From NCBI GenBank assembly GCA_029062045.1, contig JAIDQV010000032.1, positions 1 through 60,486 of the forward strand: 60,486 nt of DNA. The letters are read 5' to 3'. Below the pieces are notes generated by a model. The model saw only the letters and a list, made by a program, of their open reading frames with translations, searched no databases and was not told where the DNA came from. This DNA is from Clostridia bacterium (GTDB lineage: Bacteria > Bacillota > Clostridia > Christensenellales > Borkfalkiaceae). Shown here piece after piece: positions 10,401 through 17,618 of this stretch. The number at the start of each line of letters is the position of its first letter. The stretch's first letter is position 1. The position numbers and the translations under genes were made by a program.

Positions 10401-10739
10401 GTTTTCGAGCATGGGAAGCATATCGTCCCATTCTTTATCGTAACCGGTGTATTCGAAATTAATATCCGAATATTTGGATACGAGATTTAAAAATTCTATG
10501 CCGTAGCCCGAAAGGTTGCCGTTATCCGCCCTGTCGTGATAGCCCTCGAATTTGAAAACGCCGGCTTTGACGGTATTGCCGTCCCGCTCGCTATCGGCGA
10601 ACGCCGATTTGTAATTTGTAAAAACAAAAGCCGATAAAAAAAATATCAGGCATATTGAAAATGCCGATATTATTTTTAAGCACGTTTTAAAACGCAATTT
10701 AAAATGTGAAACGTTCCGCATACCGCGTCTCCTTGTCAT
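7446..10739 (-). CDS. Hybrid sensor histidine kinase / response regulator with two periplasmic solute-binding (SBP_bac_3-like) domains
   Basis: Signal anchor, two SBP-like segments and a TM segment (AIIIAIVVVLAVVVFVILVLLL). H-box FLNSMSHDIRTPMNAIIG; HATPase motifs DTGIGM and GTGLGLAI; C-terminal REC (ILLVEDNELNQ...LILMDVQMPIMNG). Confidence 0.9.
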   Translation of the reverse strand: MTRRRGMRNVSHFKLRFKTCLKIISAFSICLIFFLSAFVFTNYKSAFADSERDGNTVKAGVFKFEGYHDRADNGNLSGYGIEFLNLVSKYSDINFEYTGYDKEWDDMLPMLENGKIDVVTSASKTEDREEKFDFSLPIGRRKTVLSIRVGDTAHRRGEYDTYNGMKVGLVEGSSQNDDFKAFKEEKGFDCEEITAKADELAVMLQKGEIDAILSSNLRKATNEKELEVIKEADFYAIVKKGDPKGLLPQIDDAIRQMDIDEGDWQNTLFYKYYGPGYSSELSFSAREKAYIDKLVHEGKIITVTASGDRAPYSYTEGGELKGIMPDYFAELMKLAGLKENYRFVASDDDTANVTLDSTGEDDVIEDVVKGCFKTNSYMTARMARVTRQDHKGDIKVVAVAKSQGEDIIDQKTLEGCIVKSYNTGDEALRAVLSREADAAYVYAYTAQWFINHDHTNSLYYSSVNGMSTSFSMHVSENTDHELVTILNKCIKQMSDDALNQLAAKYTSYSIGDVSFWQYIQANPAIIIAIVVVLAVVVFVILVLLLRGRWNRKLLLATEQSNKKMGEQLSIVEALSREYTNVYSVDEEKATAQILKLEGYVAEGLKKGSAEEYNYGVILENYIRARVYPDDREELLKALSLDTVKEKLSVDNEYQGSYRIEDNGEIHHLQYTYLKIVDKEHEHGGFILAGFRNIDEVIRKEQEQKDALSEALAQAQYANKSKTTFLNSMSHDIRTPMNAIIGFTSLAEKHLDDKEQIHDYLGKIMTSGNHLLSLINDVLDMSRIESGKVKIEEKETSLPEIMHDLNTIVQADVKAKQLKFGIDTDVTNETIICDKLRLNQVLLNIISNAVKYTKAGGTVGVRVIQKANAPKGYAYYEFKVKDTGIGMSPQFLQHVFEPFEREQTATVSGIQGTGLGLAITKNLVDMMGGTITVESEQGKGSEFTVTFCFRVAENAAANSKEREGEDKGEMRFDGKKILLVEDNELNQEIAQSILEDVGFIIDTADDGSIAVERMKEKPAGTYDLILMDVQMPIMNGYEATKAIRALDDKAKAATPIVAMTANAFDEDRKAAMDAGMDGFASKPIDIAKLMNTLKDILK

Positions 10740-10745
10740 ATGTGC

Positions 10746-11090
10746 TTAATCAAGTGCTGAAATGCTTTCCACCGTCAAGTTGTAAACGCTTTCAAGCCCG
10801 GGCATAAGTGCGGCTACGTCAAGACTTCCGCCTCTCAAAACTTCGGTAACGGCGGAGGCCTTTTCGTACAGCGTGGTAAACCCTAAATTTTGCGCAACCC
10901 CTTTAAGCGTATGCGCGGCACGGAAGGCCTCTTCCTGCGCACCGCGTGCAAGCGCGTCTTTTAATAAGCTGAAACTGCCGTCCGCAGGGAATTTGCGCAC
11001 GAACTTAAGCACGCGCTCTTCCGTCATCAAACGGCTCATTGTATCGGCGTAATTTCCGCCTATTTTTTCGTAAAACTGCTCTGTGTTCAT
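10746..11090 (-). CDS. Hpt (histidine phosphotransfer) domain protein
   Basis: 114 aa. The AHTLKGVAQNLG motif matches the Hpt consensus HxxKG, and the gene lies between the hybrid kinase and a response regulator. Confidence 0.8.
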   Translation of the reverse strand: MNTEQFYEKIGGNYADTMSRLMTEERVLKFVRKFPADGSFSLLKDALARGAQEEAFRAAHTLKGVAQNLGFTTLYEKASAVTEVLRGGSLDVAALMPGLESVYNLTVESISALD

Positions 11091-11117
11091 ATCTGTTTCC
11101 TTCTTTACCCGCGCTAC

Positions 11118-12629
11118 TTAATTCACGATGAAAATCTTACCTATGGCGCTTTCAAATTCACATTCGTCCGAAGACGGGCTTTGGCTGTACTGCGCCATAA
11201 TAACTATACGGCATTTGCAAAGTTTGCCTTGAATTTTTACGTTACAATCCAGTCTGGCTTTGGGGTTTTCGCTCGTTGCCGTGTCAATCAAACCGAATAG
11301 CTTTTTCAGCGTTTCTTCGCCGAAGCAGTCAATCATTTTACTGTCGTTTACAGGGTCAGTTACGGTAGCGCCCACGCCGAGCTTTTCGCCGCCGTCGCCG
11401 AAGAACGAAATCATCGAAGGGTCGCAGTAAACCTCGAAAAGAATTTCACGGGACAGGGACGCGATAAACTGATATTTCTCACGCTCGCGGTCCAACAAGT
11501 CAAGCGTGCGCCTTGAAACGCTTAGCCCGCTGTTGGAAATAGCTTCGCGTGTGATGCGTTCCAAGTCTTTACGGCTGTTCACGCTTAAAGACCGCTCGCG
11601 CAAAGCGTTACGGATTCTTTCTGCGGAAAACTGTAAAACTTTCAAAAGAAGGGGATTGAACGAGCCGCATTTACCGCTTACAATGCTCTCGATAGCAATA
11701 TCGTGATGCATTTCTTTACGGTATGTCAGTTCGTCGTAAACGTCGGCAATCGCAACGACCTGCGCCGAAATGGGTATATCGTCCCCTTTCAGTCCTTCGG
11801 GATAGCCGCTTCCGTCGTACCGTTCGTGGTGGAAACGGCAAACTTCCCGCGCTACGCGAAGCAGCGGTTCGTTCTGATGGAAAGGAATTTCTTTAAGCAT
11901 TTGCTCGCCGTACTCGACGTGCTTTTTCAGCATTGCAACTTCTTTGGGCGTGAGCTTTTCGGTCTTGTTCAAAATATTGACGTCAACGGCGATTTTACCG
12001 ATATCGTGCAACGAGGACGCCGTAACTATAAGCGAAATTTCCTGCGGCGTCAAAGGATACTTATCGGTCATCTTCATTAAGTTTTGCAGCAATATTTCCG
12101 TAACGGTATGAACGTGGAAAACGTGCAAACCGCTTTCACCGTTTCTGTATTCAAGAATATGGCTTAAAATATTTATTAAAAGTGACTGCTCTTTCTGCGT
12201 TTCGTAAATCTGTTCTTCCACAAGCCCAATAAGATTTTTCTGTTGGGAGTGAAGCATAATCGCATTCTGTACGCGGCGGTGTACGACGGCCACGTCGAAG
12301 GGGCGTTGGATATAGTCGGTTGCGCCCAGCTCGTATGCCCTGCCTATGTACGAAGACGAGCTTTCGGCGGAAATCATAATGACGGGGATATTCTGAATCC
12401 ACTTGTAGCTGTTCATAATAGCAAGAACTTGCAGTCCGTCCATTTTGGGCATAACGATATCGAGAAGCACGAGGGAAATTTCCACGCTGTAACTGCGAAG
12501 TGTGTTGACAGCCTCTATACCGTCGCGCGCTTCCATAATTTCAAACTCTTCGCCCAGCATATCGGAAAGAATTTCGCGGTTCATCTCCGAATCGTCTACG
12601 ATTAAAATTTTCTGCTTTCTTTTGCTCAT
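11118..12629 (-). CDS. Response regulator with HD-GYP domain (predicted c-di-GMP phosphodiesterase) and extra C-terminal domain
   Basis: REC (ILIVDDSEMNRE...LLDIVMPKMDG), HD motif (LHDIGK) and HHERYDGSGYPEGL (HD-GYP signature). About 150 aa at the C-terminus are uncharacterised. Confidence 0.85.
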   Translation of the reverse strand: MSKRKQKILIVDDSEMNREILSDMLGEEFEIMEARDGIEAVNTLRSYSVEISLVLLDIVMPKMDGLQVLAIMNSYKWIQNIPVIMISAESSSSYIGRAYELGATDYIQRPFDVAVVHRRVQNAIMLHSQQKNLIGLVEEQIYETQKEQSLLINILSHILEYRNGESGLHVFHVHTVTEILLQNLMKMTDKYPLTPQEISLIVTASSLHDIGKIAVDVNILNKTEKLTPKEVAMLKKHVEYGEQMLKEIPFHQNEPLLRVAREVCRFHHERYDGSGYPEGLKGDDIPISAQVVAIADVYDELTYRKEMHHDIAIESIVSGKCGSFNPLLLKVLQFSAERIRNALRERSLSVNSRKDLERITREAISNSGLSVSRRTLDLLDREREKYQFIASLSREILFEVYCDPSMISFFGDGGEKLGVGATVTDPVNDSKMIDCFGEETLKKLFGLIDTATSENPKARLDCNVKIQGKLCKCRIVIMAQYSQSPSSDECEFESAIGKIFIVN

Positions 12630-12789
12630 ATCTTACCCCGTCTTTTGTATAAACCGAATAACCGTATTTTCATTTACAATTATATAATATAACTAGTCAA
12701 ATATATCATATCACTTGACGGGCGAAAAATCTAGTAGGAACCCGAAAAAAGTTTTCGGAAATTTTAGGAAAAACAGAATATCGTTTAAA

Positions 12790-12823
12790 GGGCGCGGGGG
12801 TTTAAGCCCTCCGCGCCCTTTTT
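12790..12823 (-). terminator. Terminator closing the Ter/ESCRT-like cluster
   Basis: GGGCGCGG (12790-12797) / CCGCGCCC (12811-12818) stem flanked by T/A runs, immediately downstream of the last gene (stop at 12840). Confidence 0.6.
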
Positions 12824-12839
12824 AACAATTTTTATTTAG

Positions 12840-14000
12840 TTACTTCATATCTTTTGTCAAAGGAATATCACATTCTTCGATAGTAATCATCTCTTCTTCT
12901 GTAATATTTCCTTTATCCATAAGCCGCTGCGCCTGATGCGTAACAACCGCCTGGAAAGTGTTTCTTGCGGTACGGCCGTTACCGAAGTCTTTATCCCTCT
13001 TTTCATACAGTTCGGTAAATCTGTCCGTCATAAGTTTTTCGGCAGCCGCCGTAAGTTTATAATTATTCTTTTTGCACAAGCCGAAGAATATTTTATAAAG
13101 CTCGTCGGGCGTGTAATCCTCAAAGTCGATAACGGTATTGAACCTTGACTTTAAACCCGAGTTGGTGGCAATTAAGTCCGCCATAGGCTGAGAGTACCCA
13201 GCCATTATAACTACTAACTCGTTACGGTGGTCTTCCATTGCTTTAAGCACTGTATCTATAGCTTCCTGCCCGAAGTCGTTGCCGCTACTGTTGCCTTTGA
13301 GCATATACGCTTCGTCTATAAACAGAACGCCGCCAAGGGCCTTGTCTATGACTTCACGGGTTTTAGGTGCCGTCTGTCCGACGTAACCTGCAACCAAATC
13401 ATTGCGTGCGGTTTCTACAAGCTGACCCTTTTGCAAAATGCCGAGCGACCTGTAAATTTGCGCCATAAGTCTTGCAACGGTTGTTTTACCTGTACCGGGG
13501 TTGCCCGTAAATACCATATGATAAGAGAAGCCGTCGGGAACGGGCAAACCTTTTTCCTGCCTCAGCTTGAAAAACTTTACCTGGTCGACCCATGACGAAA
13601 CTTTGGCTTTAACGCCCGAAAGTCCTATAAGTCCGTTCAGTCTTGCCAAAGCCTCCTCAACGGAAAGCTGTTCAACTTCCTGTTCTTCCGCCTTGGCTTT
13701 GCTTTCAACCGCCTTTTGCGTGTTTGCCGCACCGCCTCTTGCGGGTTGACCGCCAGAAGTCACGCTAGTGCCGTTGCTCTTATTTGTTACCGGGCGCACG
13801 CCGTTCTCGGCTTTTTGCTCGCACTCTTCGGCCAAAGCAATATACTCGTTCTTTTTAGCCGGAAATGCCGCTGCCGCCTGCCTGTACTGCTTTGCCGCCG
13901 CCTTGTAAGACTGCACGGCGACAGACATCCCGCAGCTTGCCTGCTTTTCGGCTTTGTCGAGCATGGTTTTTGCTGCTAATAAGTAATAATCGGCATTCAT
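12840..14000 (-). CDS. AAA+ ATPase, CbbX/SpoVK/EccA-type, with N-terminal MIT/TPR-like helical domain
   Basis: Walker A FTGNPGTGKTTVAR; Walker B GGVLFIDEAY; sensor region VVIMAGY...LKSRF, characteristic of the CbbX/SpoVK clade. The N-terminal ~70 aa form a three-helix, Ala/Lys/Gln-rich segment. Confidence 0.8.
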   Translation of the reverse strand: MNADYYLLAAKTMLDKAEKQASCGMSVAVQSYKAAAKQYRQAAAAFPAKKNEYIALAEECEQKAENGVRPVTNKSNGTSVTSGGQPARGGAANTQKAVESKAKAEEQEVEQLSVEEALARLNGLIGLSGVKAKVSSWVDQVKFFKLRQEKGLPVPDGFSYHMVFTGNPGTGKTTVARLMAQIYRSLGILQKGQLVETARNDLVAGYVGQTAPKTREVIDKALGGVLFIDEAYMLKGNSSGNDFGQEAIDTVLKAMEDHRNELVVIMAGYSQPMADLIATNSGLKSRFNTVIDFEDYTPDELYKIFFGLCKKNNYKLTAAAEKLMTDRFTELYEKRDKDFGNGRTARNTFQAVVTHQAQRLMDKGNITEEEMITIEECDIPLTKDMK

Positions 14001-14007
14001 ATATCAC

Positions 14008-15513
14008 CTATTGCTGAATAAGTCCGAGGTCTTTTTCCAACGATTCGTATTTTGCCTCGTCCTTTTCTTCATTCATATCGGTATATGCCGCAGCCGCGCC
14101 CGCGAAAGTATTCATATTGATTTCCTCGCTGTCCGCTACTGCGCCCGCTACGCCTATCTCATCCAACTGCTCGTTGCTCTTTGCAACGGCTTCTTTAAGA
14201 TAGGTGGCAAGTCCCTGATAATCGGCAAACCGTCCGCCCGTCATCTGGTTTATCTTCATATTGGTAGCTTCGAGGTCTTGCTGAGTAGAGAGCTTGTCTA
14301 TAAGCAACAACTGCTCCTGCAAGGTAGATAACGCATTTCTGTAACGGCGGATAGAATACTGCACGCCGTTACGCTTTGCATTGAGCTGGTCAATCTGTCC
14401 GTCAAGTATAAGACAGTCGGAAGGTGAAGCCGTTTTACGTTTAATAAGTAAAGGCTTTAACTGTGCGTTCAAATCGTTGAGTTCGTCCTGAACGTCGTCT
14501 ATTTTATCATTGTAAGTATCGATGCTCTGCTGTAATGCCTGACGCGTTCTGTTAATGTCGTTAGCCATTTCCGCAGTGCCCATAACGCCGCCGAGTGCGG
14601 TTGCGCCGCCCATTGTCTGCGAAGTCGCCGCCGTTCCCGCCGTAGTAGTGGCAAACGGGTCGCCGAACGCGCCGAAAGCGTCACCCTCGGCAAACGGGTC
14701 ACCCAAAGCACCGAACGCACTGCCTGCGCCCAAAGCCGCCATATCCGCGGCAACCTGGCTCTGTTCTTCGGCTCTGCGCTGATTTGTTTCGGCAATATTT
14801 TCTCTGTAAACCTGCATCTGGTCGTCGCTTACGGTACGCCCGTTGACAAGCTCTGCATTTGTATTGTAGGTTTCCTCGAAAATGGTCGTAGTCTTTTCGC
14901 GTTCAAGCTCGGCCTGTAATCCGTTGAGCTTGTTGACGGTATTGGTTATCTCCATTTTGCATACGTTTGCCTGCGAAATGATAGACCTGTCGGTAGGGTT
15001 TGCGGCGTGTCTTTCACGGAGTTTTTCAAACGCCTTGTTCAAATCGGCGAGCTTTGCATTCTCCTCGTCGATTCTGTCCTGCAATTCTTCCGCACGGGAC
15101 TTTTCGTATGCGATGCCCTGCTTAGCCATTTTGCCAAGCGTTTTTTGTGCCTGTTGCTCGCGCTTTAAATCCGCTTTGGTTTTCTGTCCGCCCATTATGC
15201 AATAGCTCTGTCTTTCGGCAACCGCCTTTTTGATTTTTTCGAGCTTGTTTACAGCCGCCGTGGACTGCTGCTTGCTTAAACATACGCTTACTTCCTGTAA
15301 AAGCGAAAGAATAAGCGCGTCTAACTTCATTACCTCTTCCGAAGATGAATTGCCCTGATTTTGCATTTCAAGCTGAATATCTTTTAAGTATGAAGCAATT
15401 TCTCCGCCGAGACGGTTGCTCATAGTAAGCGCTGTTACGGTGGAAATAATTTGATTTTTATTGTATGTATTTGTTTCCTCTATCTTCTTTTTCTTATTAC
15501 CGAATAATCCCAT
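14008..15513 (-). CDS. Long coiled-coil protein, ESCRT-III/PspA-superfamily-like (two helical halves joined by a Gly/Ala-rich GDPFA-repeat linker)
   Basis: The N-terminus MGLFGNKKKK mirrors eukaryotic CHMP N-termini. Two heptad-rich halves flank the linker AFGALGDPFAEGDAFGAFGDPFA. The C-terminus is acidic and ends in an amphipathic helix, EAKYESLEKDLGLIQQ. Confidence 0.5.
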   Translation of the reverse strand: MGLFGNKKKKIEETNTYNKNQIISTVTALTMSNRLGGEIASYLKDIQLEMQNQGNSSSEEVMKLDALILSLLQEVSVCLSKQQSTAAVNKLEKIKKAVAERQSYCIMGGQKTKADLKREQQAQKTLGKMAKQGIAYEKSRAEELQDRIDEENAKLADLNKAFEKLRERHAANPTDRSIISQANVCKMEITNTVNKLNGLQAELEREKTTTIFEETYNTNAELVNGRTVSDDQMQVYRENIAETNQRRAEEQSQVAADMAALGAGSAFGALGDPFAEGDAFGAFGDPFATTTAGTAATSQTMGGATALGGVMGTAEMANDINRTRQALQQSIDTYNDKIDDVQDELNDLNAQLKPLLIKRKTASPSDCLILDGQIDQLNAKRNGVQYSIRRYRNALSTLQEQLLLIDKLSTQQDLEATNMKINQMTGGRFADYQGLATYLKEAVAKSNEQLDEIGVAGAVADSEEINMNTFAGAAAAYTDMNEEKDEAKYESLEKDLGLIQQ

Positions 15514-15527
15514 AATTCAACTCCTTA

Positions 15528-16424
15528 TTAAGATAATTTCTTGCCGCATCCGGGGCAGAACTGAACTTGACTACTTAACTTTGCACCGCATCTGGGGCAA
15601 TACTGCACGGGCTGGTTGATACCTGCATTACCCGCGTTTTGATTAGCGTTTTGCGCGGGGGCCTCGGTTGAAGGCGCCGTAGGCATACCGCCTATAAGCG
15701 AATTGAGCGCGTCTATTTCCGCACGCTGGGCACGTTCCTTTTCACGCCTGTCCAATTTTTCTTCTTTTCTACGGTTTTGGTTATCGAAGTACTCGGTGCG
15801 CTTATTCTTGTACTCTTCGTTAAAGAAAATTTGCTTTAACGAGAAATCCTCAACGCCGACGCCGTAGTTTGAAAAGGCTTCTGACAAAATTTTTGTAAGC
15901 GCGGTCGATATAAGCGATAACTGGGTATTTACCGTCTGATAGTCGTACTTTTGTAAAACCTCAGCAAGCCTTGTGGTCATTACCTCGCAAGTTTTACTTC
16001 TTATGTACTCGTCTATATCGTCAACGGTAATATCCGTTTTACCCAAATTGGTATAAAGCGCCCAGGGCTGGTTTATTCTTATTCTGAGGTGTCCGTTCAA
16101 GCCGACTGCCGTTTCGCAATTCAGTTCAAAATCCTTGAAAGGAATACCGCCTACTCCGCAGGGTATATCGTAAGTTTTGTCGGCGTTTACACCGATAAGC
16201 TGTAAGCTGTACCCGAACTTTTCTTCTTCCTTGGATTTTACTATCCAGCGTCCGGGAGTGTTTACGGATTTAAGCCCGCCGTTTACTATGTAAATTCCGA
16301 GACAGCCGGGTGCGACTTCCAACGTGGTATCGCGTACGGCAGATGTTAAGTCAATATTCCACATAACGTATTTGTCGCTTGCGGAGATGATGATGTTTCT
16401 TAATTTTTCGCTTTTTCCGAACAT
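15528..16424 (-). CDS. SPFH/Band-7-like protein with C-terminal double zinc ribbon (B. subtilis YdjI / COG4260-like)
   Basis: The N-terminal ~200 aa have the YdjI-like beta/alpha domain layout. This is followed by a charged coiled coil (RRKEEKLDRREKERAQRAE), a low-complexity Q/N/A linker, and YCPRCGAKL...FCPGCGKKLS. Confidence 0.65.
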   Translation of the reverse strand: MFGKSEKLRNIIISASDKYVMWNIDLTSAVRDTTLEVAPGCLGIYIVNGGLKSVNTPGRWIVKSKEEEKFGYSLQLIGVNADKTYDIPCGVGGIPFKDFELNCETAVGLNGHLRIRINQPWALYTNLGKTDITVDDIDEYIRSKTCEVMTTRLAEVLQKYDYQTVNTQLSLISTALTKILSEAFSNYGVGVEDFSLKQIFFNEEYKNKRTEYFDNQNRRKEEKLDRREKERAQRAEIDALNSLIGGMPTAPSTEAPAQNANQNAGNAGINQPVQYCPRCGAKLSSQVQFCPGCGKKLS

Positions 16425-16436
16425 ATTTAAGCTCCT

Positions 16437-17606
16437 TTAATTATTTATTCTTTCAAGTACGTTTTTAATATAAATTGCGGGAACACACATCGCTATGCCG
16501 CCCTCGCTTTTTCCGGGATAAAAAGTTATGACGCCTATCACGTTATTTGCCGCGTCTAAAAGCGCGCCGCCCGAATTTCCGTGGTTTACCGTCATATCCG
16601 TCTGAATTACGAAATCTACGTTTTTAGGATAATCGGTTTTACGGTTGGGACTTGACACGACGCCCTTGGATACGCTTAAACCTATTCCTAGGGGATTGCC
16701 CACGGTATAGACTTCTTCACCGAACGTAACCCCTTCCGTTCTCAGCGAAAGCAATTTGCGGGAAGAAAGCGCTTCGCCGATATTCCCTGTGAAGCACAGA
16801 ACGGCGATGTCAAGTTCGGGCAAGATTGCAAGCGGCATAAGATTATACGTCCGTTTGTCTATACTCGGCTCAAAATTTGCCTCTATGCACTCGGGGGATT
16901 CCCCTACGACGTGCGCATTTGTAATAACGTAACCACCCTGCACCAAAAAGCCCGAACCTTTGCTCAGCATTTTGTTGCGCCCCGACTTAAATACGGCGTT
17001 TATCGAAAGTATGGAAGGCAAAACCTCTTTTACCCTTTCAACGAAACTTCCGCCCTCTGCGGGAAGCTGGATATTACGGTTTTCGCTTACAAAGTCGTTA
17101 TTTCTCTCTGCGTCGCGGGTGTTTATTTTCAAACTGTTATAATCGTAACCCGTACCGCTTGCGCCCACAGACAAGTTTTGCGGCGCATCACCGCCCCAGT
17201 TCTCCGTCTGTAACTTTATACGGCTTGCGGCGTGCCCTGCGTCTGCGGCGATTTTTAACCATTTATGTGCCGTAAGACGGTCGGGCGGGTTGCTGTTTAA
17301 GCAAATTTCGGCATATTTGTACATGCCGTCGGGGTATCCGCGGAAAGCAAGCACCCTGTAAATTTCTTCGACTTCGCCGGGTGCGGAGCTTACCAAGCCC
17401 TGTTCTTTACCTAATGCCACACGGTACAAAACGGCATTGTCCAAAAAGGACGAGTATTTCAAAAATACCGAACATCCGCCGTTTTTCGTATCCCCTGCCT
17501 CGATTTCCGTGTTTTGCGCGGCAACGGAGGTCAACTTTTCACCGCAATAACGGCAAAAGTTGTCTTCGTCGGGGGATTGCTTGTTACACTTTACACAAAT
17601 TTTCAT
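16437..17606 (-). CDS. Zn-ribbon + Sel1-like repeat + trypsin-like (S1C/HtrA-type) serine protease, no PDZ
   Basis: N-terminal CVKCNKQ...FCRYCGEKL. Sel1-like segment YKYAEICLNSNPPDRLTAHKWLKIAADAGHAAS. Catalytic triad context ITNAHVV / LDIAVL / GNSGGALLD. Confidence 0.8.
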   Translation of the reverse strand: MKICVKCNKQSPDEDNFCRYCGEKLTSVAAQNTEIEAGDTKNGGCSVFLKYSSFLDNAVLYRVALGKEQGLVSSAPGEVEEIYRVLAFRGYPDGMYKYAEICLNSNPPDRLTAHKWLKIAADAGHAASRIKLQTENWGGDAPQNLSVGASGTGYDYNSLKINTRDAERNNDFVSENRNIQLPAEGGSFVERVKEVLPSILSINAVFKSGRNKMLSKGSGFLVQGGYVITNAHVVGESPECIEANFEPSIDKRTYNLMPLAILPELDIAVLCFTGNIGEALSSRKLLSLRTEGVTFGEEVYTVGNPLGIGLSVSKGVVSSPNRKTDYPKNVDFVIQTDMTVNHGNSGGALLDAANNVIGVITFYPGKSEGGIAMCVPAIYIKNVLERINN

Positions 17607-17618
17607 AATTTACCTGCC

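Noticed and set aside
12630-12839. A search for a riboswitch or structured leader upstream of the REC-HD-GYP gene.
   Set aside because: I found only a short CCGAAAA/TTTTCGG hairpin and AT-rich sequence, with no recognisable riboswitch core. I could not define a convincing -35/-10 pair by eye.
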